A stretch of DNA of 64,000 nt from positions 26,308 through 90,307 of the forward strand of contig CANRFV010000004.1 of assembly GCA_947629985.1 (NCBI GenBank). Direction: 5' to 3'. Source of the stretch: an uncultured Clostridia bacterium (lineage in GTDB: Bacteria > Bacillota > Clostridia > Christensenellales > CAG-314). Below, one piece after another: positions 35,414 to 45,400 of this stretch; the first letter of the stretch is position 1, and each line of letters starts with the position of its first letter. A program made the position numbers and the translations under genes. Under the pieces are notes generated by a model. That model had not been told where the DNA came from. It ran no database searches and saw only the letters and a program-made list of their open reading frames with translations.

Positions 35414-36610
35414 ATGCCGGAAGCAAGCATAATCGGTATTTTTAATAACAAGGTAAGCGCCTTTAACGATGCCGTAAATGCCGATGATGTTGACGCTGTT
35501 TGCGAAGTGGGCACCGAGATGCTTCGTATTGCTTTGGAGCAATGTGCCAACCCCAATGTCAGCGCAACACTCAAAGACACCTATCGCAAACAATGTGCCA
35601 CCGTCATCAGCCATTTTGTTCATTATGCAAAAAAATCGTCTGTTACAACCCGCACGGGTAACGACGAGAGCGGTAACGGAGCAGACCCGTACTATGCGGA
35701 AAAAAACTGGTTTTCAGACGATGTCCCGCCGCTCAACTTTACTCATATAATCGGCGCGCAGGAAGTTAAGGACGCCTTTATGGTGGATGTGGTGGCACCG
35801 CTTCGACCGGAGTTTCAGGCAACGTATCGCCGTTTCAGGGGAAATCAACTTGGCACGCAAATTTTGCTGTACGGTCCGCCCGGCACAGGCAAAACGCATA
35901 TTGTCAAATGCTTGGCAGGTGCGTTAAATTGCAAAATAGCCGTTGTGCCCACAAGCGAAGTATTGGCAAGCGTGGTCGGTGTGGCGGAAAAAAACATGCG
36001 AGATATTTTTGCCCAGGCGGAACAACTGGAACGCTGCATAATTTTCTTTGACGAAATCGACAGCTTATGCTCCGACAGAAGCAGTGATGATTCGAGACAT
36101 ACGAAATCCATACTTACCACAATGCTAACATGTATGGACGGCTTTATGAAAACAAAAAAGCCCAATCAACTTCGAATAATTGTTGCCGCCACAAATTTGC
36201 CTTGGAAACTCGATTCTGCGCTTAAACGGGGCGGAAGGTTTGAAACACAAATTTACGTTCCGCTTCCCGATGCGGACGCGCGCCAAAAGTTTGTCGAGCA
36301 GGATTTGAACAAAGTGCCGCATGCGCCCGATGTTACCGTCGAATATCTTGCAAACAGGCTAAACGGCTATGCGGGTGCAGACATCAGGGCGGTAATGAAG
36401 CAAATATCCAACGAACCTTTGCGCCGTGAAATTTTGAACATTATGAAGACGGGCAAAGAACGCGGCGAAATGGTTACGCTTGCGGATTGCGACAAAGTAA
36501 TATCTTCGTATATCAACGGCGTAACACCCGAAACGTTGCTCAGATTCAAGGCTTACGATCAGGGCATTTCCTATGAGCAATTACTAAAGCAAATCAAGGG
36601 GGACGATTGA
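35414..36610 (+). CDS. Classical/meiotic-clade (Vps4/spastin/katanin-like) AAA+ ATPase with helical MIT-like N-domain
   Basis: LLYGPPGTGKTH (Walker A), IIFFDEIDSLCSDRSSDDSRHTKSILTTMLTCMDG (Walker B region) and AATNLPWKLDSALKRGGRFETQIYVPLPD (SRH) closely parallel Vps4 blocks as I remember them. The ~75-aa helical N-domain precedes a linker. Confidence 0.75.
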   Translation: MPEASIIGIFNNKVSAFNDAVNADDVDAVCEVGTEMLRIALEQCANPNVSATLKDTYRKQCATVISHFVHYAKKSSVTTRTGNDESGNGADPYYAEKNWFSDDVPPLNFTHIIGAQEVKDAFMVDVVAPLRPEFQATYRRFRGNQLGTQILLYGPPGTGKTHIVKCLAGALNCKIAVVPTSEVLASVVGVAEKNMRDIFAQAEQLERCIIFFDEIDSLCSDRSSDDSRHTKSILTTMLTCMDGFMKTKKPNQLRIIVAATNLPWKLDSALKRGGRFETQIYVPLPDADARQKFVEQDLNKVPHAPDVTVEYLANRLNGYAGADIRAVMKQISNEPLRREILNIMKTGKERGEMVTLADCDKVISSYINGVTPETLLRFKAYDQGISYEQLLKQIKGDD

Positions 36611-37627
36611 TTGGTCGACCGAGACAAAATTGCAACATTTTATTTCAACGCGCGGGAATTTGTAAAACAAAACAATCCTAAAGCGGCGAGAGCGTACGTT
36701 CTCGCCATTTTGAACAATGCGGTTGCAACTTACAACCAAGCAAAAACCATTCTTGCCAAAGCAAAAACGCAAGTTTTTTTAGATACCTGGTTAGCGGTGT
36801 CGCGAGAATTGCGCACAAACGGCATAACAGACTTCGTCTTGAAGTGTTTTGGGTTACCTACAAACAAGAATGAACAGGTTTTGCCCAACAAGTCTGCCGA
36901 GCAACAACCCGAAATCTCGACAATTGCCGACACGCCCACTCAGCGCCACTTGCCGAGCAACGAAATAGACATTGCGGGGCTCATCGACGAATCTGCCGGC
37001 GCTCAAGGTTGGCGCGCCGAAGTATTTGAAAAAAACAAAATGGCTGTTGTGGGGATATCCGCTTCCAACTCGGAACATACGTCCACCGGCACAGGGTTCA
37101 TAATTTCGTCTAAAGGATATCTTCTAACCAACGATCACGTCGTTTATGATGAAAATGCGCAAGGATATTTTCCGAAAATTCAGATGACGTTTGCCGGGGA
37201 CAAAAAAAAGTACAAACTGACCGTTCTGTTTTCCGACAAAAATTCGGACGTGGCGCTTTGCTTTTTTGATCCGAACAACGTGGGAGAGTTTGCCGTCGTA
37301 AGGCGCATTGCCGATTACTCTCGGGTGTTACAGGGGGCGGAATGCCTTGTTATAGGCAACGCATTTGGCATGGGGCTTGCCCCGTTTGCGGGCGGCGTTC
37401 GTTTTACCAAGAGCAATGACGGTAATCTTGTGCATACCGCGCCGTCTAACCCGGGCGATTCCGGCGGGCCGGTATTAAACAGGCAAGGGGAATGTATCGG
37501 CATCAACAAGTCCAAGACGCTAACGGTAGACAACGTTTCGGCAGACGGCTACGTCAACGCCACGCCGATGGACAAGATCGACGAATTGCTGACCAAGTGG
37601 TGCAGTCAAAATGACATTGTGTTGTAA
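36611..37627 (+). CDS. Trypsin-like (S1/Trypsin_2) serine protease with MIT-like N-domain
   Basis: TTG start 9 nt after AAGGGGGA. N-terminal ~85-aa helical domain. The protease part reads ..GTGFIISSKGYLLTNDHVV.. (His), ..DVALCFFD.. (Asp), ..NPGDSGGPVLNRQGECIGIN.. (Ser). Confidence 0.75.
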   Translation: MVDRDKIATFYFNAREFVKQNNPKAARAYVLAILNNAVATYNQAKTILAKAKTQVFLDTWLAVSRELRTNGITDFVLKCFGLPTNKNEQVLPNKSAEQQPEISTIADTPTQRHLPSNEIDIAGLIDESAGAQGWRAEVFEKNKMAVVGISASNSEHTSTGTGFIISSKGYLLTNDHVVYDENAQGYFPKIQMTFAGDKKKYKLTVLFSDKNSDVALCFFDPNNVGEFAVVRRIADYSRVLQGAECLVIGNAFGMGLAPFAGGVRFTKSNDGNLVHTAPSNPGDSGGPVLNRQGECIGINKSKTLTVDNVSADGYVNATPMDKIDELLTKWCSQNDIVL

Positions 37628-40600
37628 TGTCGGGAGAGAGATGGCGAATGAAGAACGCAATTAAGGTAGGAAAATTTTTACAGATGCTTCAGGATAGTAC
37701 GTGGGAGTCCGACTATCCCCAATTATACGAAAAATATTACCGTCAGATAGCGGCTCTCCTTAGCGGATTTAATGATTGTACGCTCGAAGGATTGAGCAGT
37801 TTGGAAGGACTGACGGATAGTGCCAACTTTGCTTCGTTTCTCAGATGCGATACTCTGGGAGAAGAATCCGAAGATAGCAAAGAAAGAACAGTAGATAATA
37901 GGTTTTCTGCGATACTTGCCGATATTAAAACATGGCATGACAACGAAGTTAAGCGTTTACATAATAATAGTGCTACAGTCAAACAAGCAATCCGGGATGA
38001 CGCCAATTCAAAACGGGTAACACTTGTATCTGGGATTGTATCTGGGATCTTTACAGCGGCGTTTGGTCCCTTAGCGTATCTTCTCGGAATGTCGTACGAC
38101 GAAATCGCCTTTTATATCACGGGATTGGTTCCAATTATTCCTCTTGTCATTGCCCTTTTTGCCGGAATTTATAACGGAGTGCAGAATAAGAAATTTCATA
38201 GGACTTACGGCTGTTCCATTGCTAACGCGAAAAGGCTTATCATTACCGAAGAAGAATACAAAGCAGAAATCAAACAAGCGCGACAACTACGTTTAGTGAA
38301 ACATCATAGTGGCAACATACGCAAAGCAAAGCGCATATATAACAAATTGCTCAAGAGAAACTCAACGGATCCAAACTGTTTTGTTGGGTTGCTTGCACTT
38401 CTGTCCGATAATTTTACAAAATATTCTAGTAGACACAAGGAAGATAATTTAATTGAAGATATTGAAGCATCAAAAGGCGATGACAATTATTCGCGCTTAG
38501 ACGCAGACTACAAAGAGGATTATAAAAAATATACGGATGAAAAAGTTAACCCTTATAAACAAAGACAAAAGCAAAACCAAACAAGAAAAAAGGAACAACA
38601 TCGCGAGCGTGTTGCACACGCCATTTCGGTCGGGCAACAACTTGGAATATGTGCTGTTCTGCTACTTCCAACGCTTTTCTCGATCGCAGTTTTAGTTTTG
38701 GTATATTGCTTGCCCGTAAAGACATTTGACGATTGGACGGGTTGGCTATTCACAATTAGCTTTGCATTGGATTGCCTATCTGTGATAGCGGTAATTGTGC
38801 TTTGGATAGTACTTGCAGTAGCAGATAGAAATCCGGATTTTTCCGGTTTTGGGGCGGGACCTTTTGGTATAGTGGCAGCGGTATTTGGAATATGCGGGGG
38901 AAATGTTATTATTATTAGTATAGACATGCCGCACTGGCTGCCAATTCTGATGACGGTTGTTTGCCTTGCTATATGGTTAACTTCTCTTATTTGGGGTCTT
39001 GTAGACACAGACACATGCAAACGGCGTCTTCTTCTTGTTTGCATTTGCAGCGTTTTATTTGGTTGTGCGCTTCGCAGCGGTGGCTGGACTTTCTCGGAAT
39101 TTGAATCATATTATACTGAAAACCCGGACGGAACATATACATATCTTGTTTGGGATGAGAATGTGGAAATTTTGCAAATCCCATCCGAATATCAAGGAAA
39201 ACCTGTTACTGCTATCAGTCGAGCCGACAATGTCGATCTATTACACCTAAAATCTGTATTCATCCCCGAAAGTGTGACGTCGATTGAATTCGGGACTTTT
39301 TCCGGTTGTAGCGCGCTTACAAATATTACAGTGCCGTATGTGGGATATTATGATATATCCGGAGTTAATGGTTACGAGGGTGAAGCGGAGGCTTTGCGCC
39401 CCATTGGGTATTTGTTTGGCACTTCGCCTTACAGTGGGGGCGTAGCGACAGAGCAGGAGCATTGTTGGGGAAAGTATCTCAGCGGTGACAAGGCGGGCGA
39501 AGAATCTGAATTTTTCAACACTTACTATATTCCGGAATCACTGAAACATGTAACCGTGCTTGGCGGTGAAGTTTGCAACGGAGCGTTCTATGGCTGTACA
39601 AATCTTGAAAGCGTTACATTAGGTGCCGGAGTGACGGCGATTGGCAAACATGCGTTTCAAGATTGTACTTCTCTGGTGAGTGTCGCTATTGGCGAAGGCG
39701 TTACCGGTATTGGGGAAGATGCGTTTTTGAATTGTAGTGGACTTACGAGCATATATATCCCCGAAAGTGTGACGTCGATTGAATTCGGGACTTTTTCCGG
39801 TTGTGGCGCGCTCACAAATATTACAGTGCCGTATGTGGGATATTATGATATAGCCGGAGTTAAAGATTACGAGGGTGAAGCGGAGGCTTTGCGCCCCATT
39901 GGGTATTTGTTTGGCACTTCGCCTTACAGTGGGGGCGTAGCGACAGAGCAGGAGCATTGTTGGGGAAAGTATCTCAGCGGTGACAAGGCGGGCGAAGAAT
40001 CTGAATTTTTCAACACTTACTATATTCCGGAATCACTGAAACATGTAACCGTGCTTGGCGGTGAAGTTTGCAACGGAGCGTTCTATGGCTGTACAAATCT
40101 TGAAAGCGTTACATTAGGTGACGATGTGACTGCGATTGGCGAACATGCGTTTCAAGATTGTACTTCTCTTGTGAGTGTCGCCATTGGCGATGGCGTTACC
40201 GGTATTGGGAAAGACGCGTTTCTAAACTGCAATGCCGTTCAAAAAAACAAGGGCATTTTGTATGTTGGCCATTGGGTTGTCGGGTGTGATAACACTGTGA
40301 CAGAAGCAGAACTATCAAATGATGCTACGGGAATTGCAAATTATGCTTTTGCAGATTTCGCATCTCTTACTTCCGTAATCTTGAACGAAAAACTAAAGAT
40401 TATTGGAGAAGGCGTATTTCAAGGAACAGGAATAACCACAATGGTAATTCCACAATCGGTTGCGGTCATTGGCGCCAATGCTTTTAGTGGGTGTAAACTT
40501 TCAGAAGTTGTTTTTGATAATGTTGATGAATGGTATGCAGACAAAACTTATGTACCGTATTCCGACCTACTTGATGCTACAAAAGCCGCAAATTGCTTAA

Positions 40601-40638
40601 CTTCGACATATGTCGAATGTGTGTGGAAACGCGGCTAA
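37627..40638 (+). CDS. Giant polytopic membrane protein: cytoplasmic helical N-region, ~8 TM, extracellular BspA-type leucine-rich repeats
   Basis: 1003 aa. TM clusters at about aa 140-185 and 335-470. From ~aa 520 there are repeated ..IPESVTSIEFGTFSGC.ALTNITVP.. / ..AFYGCTNLESVTLG..VTAIG..AFQDCTSLVSV.. LRR_5-like units. Confidence 0.7.
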   Translation: MSGERWRMKNAIKVGKFLQMLQDSTWESDYPQLYEKYYRQIAALLSGFNDCTLEGLSSLEGLTDSANFASFLRCDTLGEESEDSKERTVDNRFSAILADIKTWHDNEVKRLHNNSATVKQAIRDDANSKRVTLVSGIVSGIFTAAFGPLAYLLGMSYDEIAFYITGLVPIIPLVIALFAGIYNGVQNKKFHRTYGCSIANAKRLIITEEEYKAEIKQARQLRLVKHHSGNIRKAKRIYNKLLKRNSTDPNCFVGLLALLSDNFTKYSSRHKEDNLIEDIEASKGDDNYSRLDADYKEDYKKYTDEKVNPYKQRQKQNQTRKKEQHRERVAHAISVGQQLGICAVLLLPTLFSIAVLVLVYCLPVKTFDDWTGWLFTISFALDCLSVIAVIVLWIVLAVADRNPDFSGFGAGPFGIVAAVFGICGGNVIIISIDMPHWLPILMTVVCLAIWLTSLIWGLVDTDTCKRRLLLVCICSVLFGCALRSGGWTFSEFESYYTENPDGTYTYLVWDENVEILQIPSEYQGKPVTAISRADNVDLLHLKSVFIPESVTSIEFGTFSGCSALTNITVPYVGYYDISGVNGYEGEAEALRPIGYLFGTSPYSGGVATEQEHCWGKYLSGDKAGEESEFFNTYYIPESLKHVTVLGGEVCNGAFYGCTNLESVTLGAGVTAIGKHAFQDCTSLVSVAIGEGVTGIGEDAFLNCSGLTSIYIPESVTSIEFGTFSGCGALTNITVPYVGYYDIAGVKDYEGEAEALRPIGYLFGTSPYSGGVATEQEHCWGKYLSGDKAGEESEFFNTYYIPESLKHVTVLGGEVCNGAFYGCTNLESVTLGDDVTAIGEHAFQDCTSLVSVAIGDGVTGIGKDAFLNCNAVQKNKGILYVGHWVVGCDNTVTEAELSNDATGIANYAFADFASLTSVILNEKLKIIGEGVFQGTGITTMVIPQSVAVIGANAFSGCKLSEVVFDNVDEWYADKTYVPYSDLLDATKAANCLTSTYVECVWKRG
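39262..40232 (+). repeat. 495-bp in-frame tandem duplication (2 copies) inside the LRR ectodomain
   Basis: 39262-39756 versus 39757-~40232. The first ~364 nt of each unit differ at only a handful of positions. The protein units are 165 aa. Confidence 0.9.
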
Positions 40639-40666
40639 TAAATGTTAATGAAAAAAGGAGAAACAT

Positions 40667-42196
40667 ATGACTTTTTCAGATGTATTTCGTGAAAAGTATA
40701 GATTGGTGCTTCGGGCTGCGAGAGCAAACGATCGTGATGCAACTCTTGCGGGATTGAATAATTTATACGACCTGTTTGCCGCGCAATATTCGCTCAACAA
40801 CGGCGATAGCATAGTAGTAAAGGCAAAACTTTCCTATTGGCAGGATGTGTTTGGCGGATATATTGAAATAATTCGCACAAACGGGCTGCAAGACAGGCGT
40901 GTGCAAAAGTTTTTCGGCATTATCGACGATGCGGACGTGCCATCGTTTGGAGACATCTTGAGCGGCAACGTCATTACGCCATTGCCGTTAACTCCGTCAT
41001 CGCCGTCCGTGGATATTGCAGGCATTGTAGACGCGGAGCGGAACGAGCAACCGACGGATTCGTCGCAAACTCAGCCTAGCGCTCCCGTTGGTTCGTCGCC
41101 GGTCGATTCGGATATTCCGCAACCTGTTGTCTCACCCCCGCGTGAAGCGCCCAAACAGCCGCCGTTGCAACCTTCCGCCGCAAACGACGGCGCAAAGGCG
41201 ATATCGGACGAAACCCCCGCCGAAACAATTGCCGCACCCGCTTTTACCCCCAACACGTTGGAAGGGTTTATCGGGCAGCAACACATAGTAAAGGTGTTGC
41301 TAAAGGAGATTGCCATAGCCAAGGCGGAAGGTAGACGTCATCTCGACAACATTCTGCTACTTGGCAATCCCGGTTTGGGCAAATCCACATTGATGAAACT
41401 GATCGCCGACAAGTTGGGGGTCAAATTCGAGTGGATGGATTGCTCGCAATATCACAACAGTCAGCAAGCGCTAAAGGCGCTGCAAAACTTTTTGCTGAAA
41501 ATAGCGCGCAACAACGAGCCTGTGGTAATTGCTTTTGACGAAATTCACTGCTTGCCGGAGATGTTGCAATCCAGCCTGCTTACCTTGTTGGAGAGCCGAA
41601 TTTACGTTTCTCCGCCCGATGTTAACGGGCAAATTAAGCGCATACCCATTGACGAATTTACATTTATTGCCGCAACCACCGACGATAACAAAGTGCTTTC
41701 CACAATCAAGGATCGTTGTCTTCGGTTAAAGTTTCAAATGAAGGACTACACGGCAGATGAATTGGCGCAGATTTACAGAACAAAAGTTTCGGCAATGGGG
41801 CTTACCATCACCGAAGAAGCAATACAAACTTGCATACCGCGCAGTCGCGGTTCAATGCGGTACGTCAACTCGTTTGTGGAAGGGTTGGGTCGAGAACTGT
41901 ATGACGCCGACGGCAACCGACTTTCCACCCACATAGACCTTGCAACCGCATTGCGCTTTTTTGAAGAGCGCGAAATCGACGATATGGGGTTGGAAAAAAG
42001 GGATTTGGAAATATTGTCCGTTCTCAACGAAATGTCGACGCCTATAGGGGCGGATGCCCTTGCGGCGCGAGTGGGCTTGGAACCGAAAAAGTACCTTTCC
42101 GAATACGAGCCCTATCTCATTCGTATTGGATTTGTTGATATCTCCGGCAGGGGCAGAAGTTTGACAGAAAAGGGGAAAGAATATTTGACTCGATAA
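40667..42196 (+). CDS. RuvB-like AAA+ ATPase (all three RuvB domains) with MIT-like N-domain and Pro/Ser linker
   Basis: ..LEGFIGQQHIVKVLLKEIAIAKAEGRRHLDNILLLGNPGLGKSTL.., ..VIAFDEIHCLP.., ..FTFIAATTDDNKVLSTIKDRC.., ..SRGSMRYVNSFV.. and a C-terminal winged helix ..GLEKRDLEILSVL..PIGADALAARVGLEPKKYLSEYEPYLIRIGFV.. follow RuvB block by block. The extra ~190 aa at the N-terminus are not found in RuvB. Confidence 0.75.
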   Translation: MTFSDVFREKYRLVLRAARANDRDATLAGLNNLYDLFAAQYSLNNGDSIVVKAKLSYWQDVFGGYIEIIRTNGLQDRRVQKFFGIIDDADVPSFGDILSGNVITPLPLTPSSPSVDIAGIVDAERNEQPTDSSQTQPSAPVGSSPVDSDIPQPVVSPPREAPKQPPLQPSAANDGAKAISDETPAETIAAPAFTPNTLEGFIGQQHIVKVLLKEIAIAKAEGRRHLDNILLLGNPGLGKSTLMKLIADKLGVKFEWMDCSQYHNSQQALKALQNFLLKIARNNEPVVIAFDEIHCLPEMLQSSLLTLLESRIYVSPPDVNGQIKRIPIDEFTFIAATTDDNKVLSTIKDRCLRLKFQMKDYTADELAQIYRTKVSAMGLTITEEAIQTCIPRSRGSMRYVNSFVEGLGRELYDADGNRLSTHIDLATALRFFEEREIDDMGLEKRDLEILSVLNEMSTPIGADALAARVGLEPKKYLSEYEPYLIRIGFVDISGRGRSLTEKGKEYLTR

Positions 42197-42216
42197 TAAT
42201 TTAAGGAGAAACACAT

Positions 42217-42435
42217 ATGAAAAACAGAAAATTTTGGTGGATGATTGCGATTGTTTGTATATTCATTTGTATTGCATTGGCTACCATAGTTTTATCGGCA
42301 CTATCCTTGGCAGACGTGTTTGGCGAAAACAACAATGTGGTTGAAGTTGTGATGATCGTCCTTGGCATTGTGAGTTGTTGCTGCGGGCTTGGTGCATTGA
42401 TTTACGAAATTTTGTCGGATAAAAAGAAAAAGTAA
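42217..42435 (+). CDS. Small 2-TM membrane protein
   Basis: 72 aa, strong RBS. The C-terminal ..GLGALIYEILSDKKKK echoes ..GISFFIYECISDKNKP in the next protein. Confidence 0.55.
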   Translation: MKNRKFWWMIAIVCIFICIALATIVLSALSLADVFGENNNVVEVVMIVLGIVSCCCGLGALIYEILSDKKKK

Positions 42436-42458
42436 AATACTAAAGGAGAGATAAAGAT

Positions 42459-45400
42459 ATGACAATTGAAGAATTAATCAGCGATATAAATTCGCTAATA
42501 GGAAATCTGTCAAGTGATGTGGAAAACTATACAGGCATACACAATTTATTGGAAAACACACTACAGGATCTCACAGCTTTTAGGAGATGTTGCGACGAAG
42601 AAAACTATTGTGTAGACAAAAAGGTGCGTAAGTTGGTCGAAAGTCGGAATCCGAATTTGTCAAGTCCTCTTACCTATACGTGGGCGAAACATTTATTTAA
42701 TGCCGTATCGGCTATGACCGATAAAAATTCTCAAAAGCCAAAGAGAAGTCGCCGTTATATTAGCATAATAATTATCACAGGAATATTATTGTCCGCCCTA
42801 TTGGGATTAAGTATAGCGAGTTTTTTCCTATTGCCGAAAAATGAAAGGAACCTGTATAGTCTTTTTACGATGTTGGTTGGGATAGCGGACTTTATTTGCG
42901 GTATTAGCTTTTTCATCTATGAGTGTATAAGCGACAAAAACAAGCCGTTGGCTACTAATGGCGATAATGCCCCAAGTGAAAGGACGTATTCTAAGAGCCA
43001 AAGAAAATGTGCATACATTTGTGCTGTCGGGGCATTTGTTTTGTCTATGTTTGCATTGGTAATTATGTTGATTTTGGCCTTTAAGCCGTTTCAAATACCA
43101 TATGAAAAGGCGCAATCAATGTGGGCGTGGTCTTGTATATCAAGCATTTTGTCTCTAATTGTTGTCGCGTTTGGAGTATTTCAACTAAAACGCGGCACAT
43201 TGGTTCAAGTATTTGTGTTGGTGACAGTAGTAGTTTGTATCGGTTCAATTGTCTTTCAACATCTTTTCAAACCGGTTGCGGCAAGGAACGATATTGTTGA
43301 ATATATTGCCAACGAAGACGGCTCGGCATATCAGGCAGTAATTATACCGCAGGATGTTGAAACAGACTATGTTATAGCGGCGAATTACGACGGTAAACCT
43401 ATTACAAGTATCGGACGAAAAGACCCCGAAAAACCGTTGTATATCAAATCGTTAGATATCGGCGCCAACATTACAACAATAGGCGACGAGTCCTTTGCAC
43501 ACAGCCGCGGATTGAGGCATATTACATTGCCGCAAAACGTTACCGAAATTGGCGCAAGAGCATTTTATGACTGCGTTGACCTTGTCGATGTTACGGTAAA
43601 CTGTAATTTAACCAAAGTGGGCAACGAAGTATTTGACAAGTGCAACGCGCTTTCCACTGTTTGGTGGAATAGTAACGGTAATTCTGTCGGATTTGGAGAT
43701 ATATTCGTGTCGTGTGAAAGTATCCGAACCGTTATCTTGGGACATTCGATTAATTCAATCGCAACCAATATGTTCAATAATTGTAAATCTATCGAAGAAG
43801 TTGTACTGTATGAAAATATCAAATCGATAGGTACCGGAGCATTTGCAAATTGCGATAGTTTGCAATCGGTATTTTATCGCGGGAACGCAGATCAATGGCA
43901 GAACATAACAGTGGGTAGAGATTGCCAATCGTTGATGTCTGCACAGATTTATTATTATAGTCAACAAGAGCCGCAATTAAGTGATGACGGACTTTCGTAC
44001 AATGGTAATTATTGGCACTCAGACGATAGTGGTTTGCCTGTTGTGTGGAAATATACTCCGCCTACTTACACGGTTAAATTTTATGCAGATGGTAAACTTT
44101 GTAAAGAAGTAACTTATATTAAAAATGATACGCATATAGAAGAGCCTGCAGTGCCGGCGAAAAAAGGTTATACCGGCATATGGGAAAATTATACTCTAAA
44201 TAACAATGATATTGTCGTAAACGCTGTTTATACGGCCAAAACATATACGCTTAATTTGGACTACAACGGCGCGGACGGCGAAAATAGCAAAAAATCTATT
44301 ACAGCAACATACGATCAACCCGTAGTGGGGTTACCGACACCAACAAAAACAGGTTATGCATTTGATGGTTGGTATATTGGTGAACAAAAAATATCTTCTT
44401 CAACCAAGTGGCAAAACGATGCCGAAGAATCTTATACGCTTATCGCACATTATAAGACAATATACGTTGTCAGATTCTATGTCGGGGGTAAACATTATAA
44501 GGATATTAAATATTTGGAAGGACAAAGTACAATAGAAGAGCCTGCAGTACCTGTAAAAAAAGGCTATACAGGCGCATGGGAAAAATATACACTAAATAAC
44601 AGCAATATTACCGTGAACGCAGTTTATACGGCTAAAACCTACAAGTTGATTTTTGACTACAATGGTGCCACAGACAGCGTCGGATTGGATTCGAAAATAG
44701 TAACGTATGGTGAAATAGTTGGAGATTTGCCACAACCTACGGCAGGCCTTGCCAATATATTTGTTGGGTGGTATATCGGCGATGTTTGTATCAAATCTTC
44801 AACTGTTTGGACATACGATGAGCAAGATGTTTATACCGTACAGGCACATTATGAATGTTTGGATTTCTATGGCGGCTCAGGAACGGAACAAAATCCGTTT
44901 TTGATTGAATCGGTTGATGATTTCTTGAACATCAAGCTTTATCCGACAGTTTACTATGAGTTAATTGCGGATATAGACATGACCGGTATTGATTATACAG
45001 TAATCAACTCTTTTTCGGGAAATTTTGACGGCAAAGGTCATTGGATTAACAACCTTTCTTTATATTCAAATGCTGTCGAAACTAACAAAATCGGCATATT
45101 CGGGGTCAATAACGGTACGGTGCGTAATTTGAATTTGCGAAACTGTTCGTTTACATTATCTCCGCCGCATCACAACAATACCGTAACAAATTATTGTGGA
45201 ACAATTGCGGGCGTTAACAACGGAACGATTGAAAATTGTCATATTCTTGAATCCAAGGTTATTTCGAATTCCAGCGATGTTGCGGATAAATTTATGGCGC
45301 AATTCAACGAAGATCCGCGTGAAATTGTACGTGGATCGGCAAATTGGGCAAAGTGGATAACACAAGAGTTTGCTGCGCACATATCAAGTTGGCCCGCTGT

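Noticed and set aside
39262-40232. The duplicated LRR segment as a diversity-generating retroelement VR/TR pair.
   Set aside because: There is no reverse transcriptase anywhere in the window. Both copies are in-frame parts of the same ORF, and the differences are not confined to adenine-templated positions.
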